Below, piece after piece: positions 38,241 to 50,467 of a stretch of 64,000 nt of DNA. Source of the DNA: Mobula hypostoma (lineage: Eukaryota); the NCBI RefSeq assembly GCF_963921235.1, contig NC_086108.1, positions 40,488,001 through 40,552,000 on the forward strand, given 5' to 3'. Numbering within the stretch: the first letter of the stretch is position 1; each line of letters opens with the position of its first letter. The notes beneath the pieces were generated by a model. It was not told the origin of the DNA, ran no database searches, and saw nothing but the letters and a program-made list of their open reading frames with translations. A program made the position numbers and the translations under genes.

Positions 38241-41200
38241 AATAATTTTAACCCAAATGTCCTGAGATGGTCTAACTGTCTTGCAAAAATGTTAGCAGCA
38301 TATAAAAACTGTGAAGATGTGCTTCAGCGTACCAGGTTTTTTTTTTGCGGTCGGGCTGATTTAAATGAAATGCTTAGAATAACTGTGCATGATACCACAT
38401 TTGCTCAGAAAACAATGTAATAAGCATAGTCTGATGTTGGAGTTGTCAGCTACCCAAGAGCAGAAAAATTAACTTAATCTGCACGATTTATCCACGGATA
38501 TGTCAGTTAGGAGGCAAGTGAGCCTAATTCTGTCAGCAGGATGCAATGTTTGTACTATTCTTGAAATGACACTGTTCCCAAGAGGCCAGCAACCCTTTGG
38601 GGATCATAAAACAATTGGGTAGCCTATACGGAAGCATTTGTGTGTGTCAATGATCAAACAAAGTGATGAATTAAGCTGAAAATTAAATTTTAGAGATGTA
38701 ACATATTTTGCTTGGGGAGAGAGGAGGAATCTGTTTAAAGGGCATCTTGGGTTATGTTAATATTTAGAAACAAAACTTGTGATTTAAAAATGGAGAAGCT
38801 TCTTAATGCAAACTAAATGTAAAATTGAATTGCCTGTGGCAAGAGACTGCCAGTCTGAAACTTCAACATTGTTAATATTTACAAGAACTGTTAATATGAG
38901 GTAGATTAATTTCAAAAAGGTATTTTCTGATGAGATGGCACAGCACTCGAAGCAGTGGCCATTCCAGTGCAATTGTTCATCTTGGATGTCTTTTTTATGA
39001 TCACAAGTTACCGCTGGGTACTAAAAATATTAAGTGCTGCAGGACTGTCCCATCAGCAAGTTGCTCAATAGCAATGAAGCTGGACTTACTACATACCATT
39101 GTTGACTGGACTTTTCATGTACCAATGGACAGTACACAGTACATGGGATTGTCTTGGGCACTTTTATTCTGATCGCAAGACTCTGTTGGACATTGATAAC
39201 GTAGATTACTGCTGGTAGATTCACAGGTTCATTGGAAAGACTGACAGTGTGGGAGTTGTACTGCCTCGGTTGTGGCAAGACTTCATCTGAGGCTGCAGGG
39301 TCACCTGTTGCAACCGACTAGGAGCGGAGACACGGAGACATTGTGGAATAACTTCCACAGGGTGTGCTGGCATCCATACTTCAGTTGGGGGCTAACCCCT
39401 CCTGACAGTGCTCCTCTAGTGTTTGCTCTGTGCTACCCTCCAGGACGACTCACCATCAATTCCACAGTCATGATGGTCAGGGACTTGAGCTGTATTTCTT
39501 TTTCTTTGTGACTGTATGTTTTTCTGAAATCATAAACATATGTGCTAATTGTGCCATGTGCAGTTTGCTGTTAGTAATGTGTTTTGTACCATGGCCCCAG
39601 AGGAATGCTGCTTCGTTTGTCTATATTCATGTAGGGTTGAATTATAATTGAATGAATGAACTTGATTCAAGGATGATAAGTGTAGGTGGTTTACTCCACT
39701 CTCCTCAGCTCTGAGGATGAGGTTGTTTCCTGCCCTAGACTTTGTGTCTGTGAGCTTCGCAATGATTTGCTCCATTGTGTGATGAACTGAGGATAAAGCT
39801 AGGGGCCTCTTCCGGCTGCTCCGGGCTTCGAGCCAATGGGCTCACTTTCGTTCTGAATGCTATTGCTTGCTTCCATTGTTTGCACGATTTGTGTTTTTTT
39901 TTCTTTCTCTGCACATTGAATGTTGGTCTTTTTTTTTTAGCTGGCTTCTTTCCGGTTTCTTGTTCTGTGGCTGCCAGTAAGCAGACAAATCCAAAGGTTG
40001 TATAATTTCTACAAACTTTGACAATAAATGTACTTTTTACATTGAACATGTGCTCATGAGCCCAAGACCTATTCCACTTTTGAAGTGGTTGCAAAGTGGA
40101 GGTAATCAAGTTGGAATACACTAATGTAATTCATTTGTAAATTAAAGCTATACATTTGGCCTTTATTTTTTAATTCCATGTTAAATTGCATGTATTTTTT
40201 TTATTAGAAACAGTGGGATAGAAATTTGTTCATGACTGCATGTTGAGCGTTAAGGCCAACAGAACTAGGCTTTGGAAGTAAAGTCAACATGCATATGTAA
40301 ATTAATTTAGTGCAAGCATACAAGGACAGCTTTTTGCCCTTGTCCATGCCGATATGTTAATATCATGTTGGAAAGGTCAGTGACAGCGCTGCAGGAATCC
40401 CAGTGATGGAAGGGTAGAATAGCAGTACTACAAATGTACATAGTTGCCAATGTAAATAATTATCAGTATAAAAGTACAAGTAAGAATTTACTTATGGATA
40501 AAGGTGATATCAAATATATGCTGATGCACCTAGTATATCCAAATTGGACTAAGTCAATGCAATCTCAGTTAGCCTCCCACCTACTGTGCTGCAGTAACAT
40601 TTAAGCTCATTCTCAACCTAATTACCCTAATTCATTTACCCGTTCCTCTGCGCTAACTGACTGACTTTGGTTCTTCATTGAGCAAGGTCAAGATTTGAAA
40701 AAGCTTATTCTTATTTTCAAAACAAAACGTGCTATGAATATCTTTTGGATTTCTGCTGCTCCACTTCAACTACCAGCTATCTGTGTAACTTGGGTCAAAA
40801 CTTACAAGGAATTATTATTTATTTCCAGTTACAGGTGCATCCTAAGGTAACTCACAGGCATTTAATGTGGGCACTAAAATACACAGAAGGGATTTTGATG
40901 GTGAGATTAAATCTCAAGTGTTATTGAATAGTTATGGTATGAAAGGAGGATATTCAGCTCATCAAATCTGTACTGGCATCATTCAAGAGTCTAGAGAAAA
41001 CTAGCGTATCACTATTTTCATAGTCCTGAAAATCAGTTTCTTTCAGATACTTATCCAGTTCCATAGCCAAGCTGAACTCCACAATTGAATCTGCCCTCAG
41101 TACTACCATTATAGTCCATTTCAAAACCCAACTACTTGCTATATACTAAAAAAAAACTTTTCCTCACATCATTTTGATTTGTTTTTGCCAATTATCTTAG

Positions 41201-42360
41201 TCCTCTGGTCTTGACTGTTCTACCAAAATAAACGGTTTCGCTCATTCTTCTCTGGCAGTACCATTTGTCCTTTTAAATACCCCTATCAGATCTGCTTGCA
41301 ACATCCTTTATCTTCATTAATGTATCCACATCACTAAAGTTCCTTGCCCCTGGATTAATATTGATAAATCCCTTCTGCACGCTCTCTGATGCTTTCACAT
41401 ATTCGTGATGTAATAGTCCACTTCTGGCAGAACTTGAATTTCAAGGAAGTTCATTGTTGTTCCTTTATGTTTTCTGGCTTTATAAATGAACCCCAGGATC
41501 CCAAATGTATTTTTTAAATAACTTTCCCAACTTTGCCTGATACTATCAATGATCAAATCAGATGTATCACAAGATCGCTCCATATATGCACACATTATGG
41601 AGTTATTCCCTTTTGCTTACAACGTCCTTTAATGTTCTTCCTACCAAAATGTAATGGCCCCATTTCTGCCCATTCCACTTGCCTGCTCGTGTCTCTTTAA
41701 AGCCCACCATTATCATCCCCACAATTCACTACATTTCAAAAGATTTATGTTAGTTACAGACTGGAAAATTATGCCCTTGATGTACAAGTTCAAATCATCA
41801 CCCATGAGGAATTCCTCTGTGTCTTTGATTCCAGTCCAATAAACCAACTTTTAAATAATACAATCCATTATCACCTTTTAAGTAACACAATGTACTTGGC
41901 TACATCAAAACACTGATAACCTGCTACCCAATAGTTCAAAATTCTGATGGTTCAGTGTCTAGTCCACCGGGTAATGTTTCCTGCACTCCCTTTAAAGACA
42001 CCAAGTTTGTGTTCACATGTTCTCTTTAAACTTGCTGAGGTCCTATTTCCCACATCCCCCTTAAACTTACTAGAGCAATGGTAAAATTGATTATATGACT
42101 GTGTGAAACCTTAGACGTGAATGAAGTGTTCGGCTGTATTAGAGGCACAGAGTAAACAAGAGACCATGTGCACATTGATGTTGTTCCCTTAGTCTGCGTA
42201 ATCAGTGCCATATCTCTGGACTGGAAAGCCCACAGTGATAAACATGTCCACATTATTGAGGTCTTGGAACCATACTCAGTGAGCAATTAACTTTTAACAT
42301 GGTGATACCAAAGTTTATCAGTCAAATCAAAACCCACTTCAGTTCCTATTGCCTGAGTCA

Positions 42361-42380
42361 GGAGCTCCCTCTGGTGGAAG
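42361..42380 (-). promoter_or_regulatory. CTCF-like motif with adjacent AP-1 site
   Basis: Minus strand TTCCACCAGAGGGAGCTCC closely matches the CTCF core; TGAGTCA at 42354-42360. Confidence 0.55.
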
Positions 42381-42935
42381 TAACCAAATCTGTAAGCTTT
42401 TGATATCTATGCAATTGACGAGCAGATTGTCTCTCCAGCCCTGGGCTTCTCAATGTTCACAGTTTGAAAATGATTATACTTCAGGAGTTATTGTTCCAAC
42501 AGGATTATCCACTCCTCTTGACTATTTCAAGGCTGGATTTTGAACTCTGTTGTGCTTTTCCTCAATGTTTCTGTGTTTGGAGAGGAGCTATCTTTCATAT
42601 ATCTTGCTGTTATATTTCTGGTCTGTGACAATAGACTAAGACGTAAATATAAAACAAGATGCTCTATAATGCTGGAAATCAGAGAGTAAAAAGTGAAAAA
42701 TTTGTATCTAAAATGTTAGTAGGCAAGATCAGTGATGGAAGAACAGGTTTAATGATCTAAAGGAGAAATAACTGCAGATGCTGAACAGAAATAAAAAATG
42801 AAGATAGCAAGGTCAGGCAGCTTCTGCGGAGAGAGAAGCAGTTGGTATTTTTGCTCTGGGACTTTTCAGAATTGATCATAACTTTTTTGAAAAAGAGCTC
42901 CACACCTGAACTGATCACTGTTACTCTGTGAACTG

Positions 42936-43062
42936 CAAACACGAGGAAATCTGCAGATGCTGGAACTTCAAGCAACACACATAGAAGTTGCTGGTGAATG
43001 CAGCAGGCCAGGCAGCATCTCTAGGAAGAAGTACAGTCGACGTTTCGGGCCGAGACCCTTCG
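42936..43062 (-). mobile_element. 127-bp Penelope-derived insertion, 5' end inside the hammerhead core
   Basis: Perfect TSD TGTGAACTG (42927-42935, 43063-43071); minus strand begins CGAAGGGTCTCGGCCCGAAACGTCGACTG. Confidence 0.85.
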
Positions 43063-43399
43063 TGTGAACTGGCCTGTTTCCAACAATTTAACCTTTCCAT
43101 TCGATGGGATTAGCAGCCATAAGGGATCCTCTGCTATGGCTTATTGTGAGTCTTGGGCTGCTAACCTTCCAGCACCTGTTTACACCTGTCTGCAATGTTT
43201 TCGAGCAGGACTGGATGATCAGGTGGGAGACATGGAGACATAAGAAAATGGTCTCATATCAGAAGGCCACCGGTAGGAGAGTAGGATTATAAAGAGCTGC
43301 CAGTGATGGGAATGTGGAAAGGAAGTTTGCCTCTGCTGAAGCTCATCAATTCCATGCTGAGCTTGAAGAATTAATAATGTTACTTCCAGCCTACGAGAA

Positions 43400-44190
43400 G
43401 TACAAGTTCGGGTATTCAAAGTTGCTTCTCTACTGCAGGAGTGACACCACCTCATATTCCATCTGGGTAGCCTCCAATCTGATGGCATGAACCGGTAATT
43501 TCTCCCTCCTCCCTCTTCTCTGTTCTTCAATTTCCTGTTCTGATCCCACTTTCACCCCTTCTCTCCTCCCCTACCCGTCACCTCCCTCTGATTTCCCCTT
43601 GTTGTAGCGTGGATGTAATCACCGGAGAGACAGAGTCACTGGTAGATACAAAGCAGATTCTTTATTCAACACAACAAGGTACAGCAGGCATCTTAGCGGA
43701 TGGAGGCGCTTTCCGCAGAAAGGTCTGTTAGCTCAATGTGGGCTCGATATTTATATGCTAAACACAACGGCAATCGCTACTTAAAAAGTTATAGACAATG
43801 CTTCCTATTGAAGCTGCATACAAAATATCACACCATCCTTTCCTTCCGACACCAACATGTCTGGGTTGGTATCCACAGCCTTTAGGAATGCAAATTAAGT
43901 ATACAATACATTTATATGGCATTTCCCATGCTAACATAGAAGACAATTAATATTTATAATGTATAGATAATACTGTCTTCAAAACTACAGCATCAGGTCA
44001 AACTACGGCACCAGAAGCATCTGGTATTCACACCTTTTTAGGAAGCGCATTGATGTGGACTTAATCCACAGTACTTTGTCAAATAGAAGTCTGGTGGCCA
44101 AAGTCATTTAAGTGTAAACAAATCATCTACCCAAAATAACTCACTCTAACACTCCTCCTCCTTCCCTTTGTCCCATGCTCATTCTCCTAT
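43400..44190 (+). mobile_element. Penelope-like element fragment (GIY-YIG C-terminus + pyrimidine tail), interrupted by a solo LTR
   Basis: HLIFHLGSLQSDGMN at ~43448-43492, homologous to the GIY-YIG end near 63730-63790. Confidence 0.7.
43600..44151 (-). repeat. Solo LTR type A
   Basis: TGTT...AACA termini; reverse complement aligns to 1424-2212 minus the insertion; 5-bp flanks CCCCT / CTCCT. Confidence 0.9.
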
Positions 44191-45021
44191 CAAGGTTCTT
44201 AGGAATCCATTGTTCAGAGCTGCACTGTAGACTTAATCTTCAATGCATATTTCAATCTGAAGAATGATCACTGAAGTCAATATTTGCTTTAGGTCCTAAC
44301 CCCAAAAACGCCCTGAAAGTCCCTCCTCTTGGCCCTCTTGGACAAAATAAGTTTGTACCAGGAAAAGGCCAACAACCTTAAGGAAGATCTACTCAAATAG
44401 GGCAGCAGAAATGCCCTGCTTTGGAACCCTTCCATATATGTGTATCTACATCTACCCTATCATCCCTAATAGCTACTTACAAAATGCTAAGCAAAAAGGT
44501 TGTTCCAGAAACTTGAACAGTCTTTAGAAATGCAGCTTTGTTCGTGCTCCTGTTGGCTCTTTCCCTGCTGGCTGGTTGCTATTCCGTGTCTTCACCCCTT
44601 CATTTTCTGGTAGACAAAACTCCTTCTTTCTAGGAGTACCAGCAAAGTAAATGTATCAGGCTCTCAGGCCCTCTTATCGATGTACACAAAGGGGGTTGGG
44701 GTGGTCTCTATTTGAATGACCGCAAGGACCTCTCTCCAGTGGCATCCCCTTCCGAACTGTCCAGCTGATCACTGGCCCGACTGCTGAAAGCACCCAGCTC
44801 ATTTGTACTCACTCTCCATTCAGGCTGGGGGTGACTGCCTTCAGATGCCGTGTGCATGCCATTGAAGTTATAGAACCTGATATCTCTGCTTTAACTTAAA
44901 TCCCTCCCCATCTATTTTCCTCAATATTTTTTCTTTTCTATTCTATGCTATTCAACTAATCATTGACTTTCAGCAACCAGCCTTAATTACAGAGTACCAT
45001 TTTCAATACACTTTAGCATGC

Positions 45022-48000
45022 TATTCACGGGTTTCTGGCGTGCCCTCAGTGTCTTCTGCCTTTGAGTCTGCTGTGCGTGTGTTCCCATCAACTATGGTCA
45101 GGCCTGGTGTGGCCTTCTGTTCATCTCTTAGGTTCTCTGTAACTACACAGTTACTGGGTACACTTGATCTCCCACTCTGCCTGTGGGGCAAACAAGAAAG
45201 TTTAACCTGAGTCTAGCGTTTCCACAGACTGCCTCACTGAGTCTGTACACAGTCATTTGTTAAAAGTACCATCTGTGGTCCTAACCATCTGGGAGTAAAC
45301 CCTGTGCTTTCAGGCTGCACCCTCACCATGACCTGGTCACTCAGCTGTGGGAGGACTATCTCCTTTCCTTCTGGCTCTCTCTGATTAGCAGTATGCTGCT
45401 GTTGTTTTGCTCGGTCCTTCAATGCTTTAAGTCAGTTACAAATGTCTTTCCCTTGCGGGGTCATTCTATCCCTGTAAGCCCCAGGCTCACTGCAACCCAT
45501 AACTACCCTATAAGGGAGTTGCATTGCTTGCCCCATCAATAATTCGTAGGGGCTGAAACCCAATATGCCGTTTGTGGTTGCTCACAATTTCATCAGGATT
45601 CCTGGTAATACATCAACCCATGTCTTTCCCATCTCAGCTACAACTTTGGCTAAGATGTTCTTGATTGTGCAGTTCATTCTTTCTACCATTCCTGAACTCT
45701 GAGGGTGGTGGGGTATGTGGAACCGTTGTCGAATTCCTCACAGTCGGCACATTTTCTTCATCACTTTCCCTGTGAAATGTGCTCCCTGATCCGAGTCCAC
45801 CTGGACTGGGGTTCCCCACCTTGGGAGAAACTCCTGAACTAGGATCCATGCAGCAGTGCTGGCAGTGCAGTCCCTTGTTGGGAAAGCCTCTACCCACCGG
45901 GTGAAGTGATCCACAATTCCTAGACTGTAGCTTTTCCCCTTGCTTTTTGGCAGAGGCTCCATGAAGTCTATCTGGAAGTTTCCCAGGGTCCCCTCGGCAG
46001 TGGCTGATCTGCCAGCTGTAGCTTTATGCCCTGACCAGGGTTATACTGGGCACAAATGATACAATGTGGCAGAATTTCTCAACATCCCCGCCCATTCCTG
46101 GCCACCACCAGTCCTGCCGGAGGGTCATGATCAAGCTCTGTCTTCCCTGATGTCTCACCCCATGATATAACTTCAGTAGTATCTGCCTAATACATGGTGG
46201 GGCCACCACAACCCCTTCCTCCCCGTGTGTCCAGCACCCATCTGGTCCCTCCTTTGCTCCTTTTCTCCTTCATTTCTCATTCTCTTCTGCCTCTACCTCT
46301 TCATATAATTTTAAACTGGCTTCTGTCATTTCCTCCTGCACACTTGCAATTTCAATTGCCTCTTGTTCCTCCGCTGCCTTCTTCACACTGGCATCTGCCC
46401 ACTCATTTCCTTTCTGCTCCTCACTCTCCCCTTTCTGGTGAGCTTTTGCTTTAGTTACTGCCACCTCTGTTGTCAGACTCACTGCTTCCAGCAGTTGTTG
46501 TTTTAGGTGCCCGTGCTGAATACCTGCTCCTGATAAGGTTTCAGATCCTCATCGTGCCCACACTATCAGATAATCATGTACCACCCCGAAGGCGTACCAG
46601 CTGTCTGTATATATATTTGCCCGTCTGCCTTTACTGCAACTCAGTGTTTCTATCAGGGCCACAGTTCCGCTTCCCAGTCTGAACAACCGCTTGGCAGTGC
46701 TCCTGAAGCTAATTCTTCACCTGTTTCCTTCACCATGCCCCACTTAGTCCGTGGCTTCCCATCTACGTACCTCCAAGACCCACCTATAAAAATTTCCTCT
46801 GCTTCCCTTTCCGGAAGTGTTTCCTTCACACCAATATATTCTTCCTGCTCTATTTCCATTTGGCACTCGTGTGTATCCCTCTCTGTTAGGGTGCTGCTTG
46901 CGGGGTTCATCCCAGTGTCCCTAACTATCGTTACTGACTTGTCTTTCCAGATGAGAACCACCTCCCAAGCTGCCCTTCTGCTGTTGGTGACTGCTCTCAG
47001 CCTCCCTGTGGTCAGGAGCTCTACAATGGTATAGGGTGTGTGTGGAATGAGCTCTCCCACCATAACAACTGGTTTGCTTACTCCCACTGCCCATACAACA
47101 CAGTCTAAAACTGCTACACAGTGGGGAAGTCCTGCTGCAATGGGAGTCTGTTTCGTTGAATAATATGCCACTGGTCTTTTTTTGTCCCCATGGTCCTGCA
47201 CCACTCGTGCATTGTAACATACTCCCTTATTGCTGCAGTATAGGCGAAAGGGGCCACATCCGGTAATCCTAGAGATCAGGGCTTTCTTAATATCTGGAAA
47301 AGCCTTTTCCTCATCTGGCTTCTCTCCTTTAATCAAGGCCTGTATCGGGGCCACTAGTGCTGAGAACCCTGGTATGAAATTACAGCAGTAATTAAATAGA
47401 CCCTTTACCTTCCTCACTCCCCTTACCTTTGCTGAGCGGGTCGTGAAGCTGATTGCTGAACGTCTGTCATCTGTCATGTCCTTCCTCCCCTGGGAAATGG
47501 TGTAGCCTATGAGCCCTGTGTGGACAGATTTTAAACCCATCATCTTGCAGTATCTCTAGAACACTGGCTATCACCTCTAAATGACCAGCTTCATCTTCTG
47601 AAGCAATTGGTAGATCATCTACATATTGTAAGATGGTCGACCAGTAGGGCATTAGAGTGAGCTTTTCCAAAGTCTGCAGTATGACCTGGCTGGGCTATTG
47701 CGGAATCCCTGGGGGAGTCTGGCCCACGTATGCTGCTGCCCATCCAGGATGAAGGCAAATCGGTCTTGGGACTCAGGTACTAAGGGGAGCCCCCAGAATC
47801 TATTAGCGATATCCAGGACTGATAAAACATTATGTTCTGGAGACAAGCCATTCAGTATTGTTGCAGGGCTCGCCACAGTGGGATGCAATCTCGGCGTGGT
47901 CTTATGAAGAGCAGTATAGTCTATTGTTGAGTCTATTGTTCTCCTTTCTTTTAAGTGGGTTTATCTTTATTCCACCACAATCTTGCTTGTGTCTCACCCA

Positions 48001-48430
48001 CACTGCTGGGAACAGCTGACGAAGTAACCCATAGACACTACCCTGACTCTACTGTCTCATGGTCTGGGCAGTTTTTGCTATGCTGGCTAGGTTGTGTACT
48101 TTATTGCTTGTATGTGTTTGCTGCCCCTGACTTACCCATATCATTTCACCCTTTCCTAAATCTATGATGGCCCCTGCTTCTCTTAGGATACGTATTCCAA
48201 GGATAGCACCCTCTTTATTTGGACAGACCCAGCAATACACTGGAAGTTGCACTCTGCCGATTTCAAGTATCTGCAACTCACTTCTTTCTGCTTTCACTGC
48301 TTCCCCACCCCGCGCACACACGTAATATAAATAGCATGCCTGGTTGTTAGCAAGGGAAGGTCAATTATCAATACTGATGTCCCCTGTGCCAATTAACATA
48401 TCGCACTGCTAGTCCCCTAACAATGCTTTG
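45022..48430 (-). pseudogene. pol: pro-pol: protease, RT, tether RNase H, RNase H, integrase; many frameshifts
   Basis: MLIGTG (degenerate DTG, ~48382-48399); SVLDIANRFW...WARLPQGFRNSP; QYVDDL; PFRLY...RPVAYYS (tether); NIYTDSWYAFGVVH and KAH...GNEWAD (RH); HGVRHQG...WWWPGM...C; IVDHFTRWVEAFP...VDSDQGAHFTG (IN). Confidence 0.93.
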
Positions 48431-48479
48431 TGTACATCTGTGGGTCACCAGCGCTGGCACTGGGGGCCGCCACTAGATA

Positions 48480-49412
48480 TTTTGCTGACCTAGAAGCTGC
48501 CTTCACCAGCCCTATAATCTGATCAGCAGGCAGATTGAACAAACTGGGCGCTGATGGGGTGAGAGATTACGTGTCTGCCATAACTTCTGCCTGTTCCCCC
48601 CCCCCCCAACTCTATTTTGGACACTGCCTCCAACCATGTCCCGACAGGGCACAGCTGTAGCTTATCGACTTCTTTACTGTTTATGCCTGGTCTGACAGTC
48701 CTTTGCTAAGTGCCCTAGTTGCTGACACACAAAGCAAAGCCTCTGTGATGCTATAGCAGCTGCATCCACTAGAGCCATGTTACAATTTCTTTTGCATTTT
48801 CTTTGGTCTATCTCACTGGCCTGTGAAACAATTGCAGAGTAGGTCAATCCTATCACTATCCCTAAATCTAAAACTTCCTATAGGGCTGAGTTCAGGCTTC
48901 CTTCATCATTTTCAGGGAAACTAGGTTGTCTCTCCCTGAATTATCTAATCTTGAATACTCCTCGTACACTGGATATTTATGTTCTGGAAGTCCTTGGCTG
49001 TCTCATCAGCTCCTTGAACTATTATCGTTCCCCAGTTATTCTCAGCTACCCCAGTAGCTGCCTCACTTCCCCTTTAAAAGAGTGGTATCTTTCTTCATTG
49101 CTGGCACTCCCAGTAGTTGCCCTGTACCATCCCGCACTCTCTGGGCCATACTGCTCCAAATATTCCTCGGGCACTTCGCTTTTTACCAATGTATGTATAT
49201 TTTTAGGGTGCATCTGGTGAATTTCAACCATTTCCTCGAGCTTGCATCAGAATTCTGAATTCCCACATGTGACTTAAGTGAGGGCAACTCTGATAATGCC
49301 CTGTTTCTCCCTGGGGGTGAAAAGCTTATGAATGGTCGTAATCAAGGTCAAGGGCAGGCTCGGATCATTGGGGTTCTCGATCTGATGTTTGCCTGACCTC
49401 AAAAGCTGCCAT
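48480..49412 (-). pseudogene. gag: Short gag with a single CCHC zinc knuckle
   Basis: CFVCQQLGHLAKDC in ORF 48674-48856; ORF 49046-49231 upstream; candidate ATG (GGATGG) at 49412. Confidence 0.75.
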
Positions 49413-49904
49413 CCTGACAGATATATCTGGGCAGAACCTCTCCCTGAAATATCTCCACACTACACAAAATATAAATGACGGCTACCAGTTGAGCAGCGCA
49501 AACTTAAAACCGCAGAGTATATGCTCCGCAATCGGCCACATCTGTGCACCAGAGCTCATGATGCCTGTTGTATTCCTTTGCATCACACTCGCAAAACGTG
49601 TAAGCTAAAATGCAGCTCCCAGAACGAGTATGCACGCCCCCACTGGTATCCCGCACCTTCAATACCCTTCGCAACTGGTGGCCCTGTCTCACCAAATTAA
49701 CACACAAGGTTTCGTCTCTTAAATAAACACACATGCACGTGCACACACTGCTTTTATATCTATCAATTCAGCTCTCCATGTTTGCTATACCTCGCATTCC
49801 CGTGTGCCACCGGCCCAAACAGATCCAAGTGTAAATGCTAATTTAAAAAACACTCACCTACTTAGACTGCTAAGATCACTGGCCACACAATGGGTCACAA
49901 GAAG

Positions 49905-49925
49905 GTATCCCATTCCTGAACGAAA
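49905..49925 (-). promoter_or_regulatory. Degenerate primer-binding site, most like tRNA-Leu
   Basis: Directly after the LTR CA end: TTTCGTTCAGGAATGGGATAC, versus the tRNA-Leu(CAG) complement TGGTGTCAGGAGTGGGAT. Confidence 0.55.
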
Positions 49926-50467
49926 TGTTGTTTTGTGAATGAAGTCACCAGAGAAAAGTACTAGTAGTTATGAAGCAGCCTCTTTATTCGACAAAACAGG
50001 ATACAGAAGGTATCATATTGAGACCCTTTGTGGAAAAGGTCTGCTTGGCCCAGCTCTACACAACATTTTATGTCCCAAAAATCAAAGAAAAATTCAGGAC
50101 AATTCAAACAAATCCATATTTACAATGCTTTCTTTCAATTACACACCATAATTCCGTATTTATAATGCTTTCTTTGACCTACACACCACAATTCCATATT
50201 TACAATACTTCCCTTGAACACACCACTTTCACACCTCCCTCGTTCGCACCCATGCTACAGACATCCAAATACACACAAATAATGAACTTAAATCAGCAGT
50301 GTGTGATCTTCTGCTTAACTGTTGTCTTCCAAAGAGCTTGGTTCAAGGTTCTTAGGAACCCATTGCTCAGAGTTGCATTTTAGAGTTAATCTTCAATGCA
50401 CATTCAGATCTGAAGGTTGGACACGGAAGTCAATAGCCAATGTCCTGACCCCCAAAACAGCCTAACA
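49926..50467 (-). repeat. LTR type B (5' LTR of copy 2)
   Basis: TGTT...AACA; AATAAA on the minus strand at ~49983-49988; R/U5 resembles type A, U3 does not. Confidence 0.88.

Larger units (their letters stand above)
44190..50467 (-). mobile_element. Endogenous retrovirus-like provirus, copy 2: LTR-PBS-gag-pro-RT-tether-RH-IN-(no env)-PPT-truncated LTR
   Basis: 5' LTR 49926-50467; 3' LTR remnant 44190-44318 homologous to ~50343-50467; PPT ~44321-44340; all pol motifs present in retroviral order. Confidence 0.92.

Noticed and set aside
38293..38350. TAGCAGCA (miR-15/16-like seed) in a weak hairpin
   Set aside because: The rest differs from miR-15/16 matures and the pairing depends on an A-run/T-run; likely chance.
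46576..47034. Plus-strand ORFs over ERV pol and over the CR1 elements
   Set aside because: Antisense shadows of the real coding frames.
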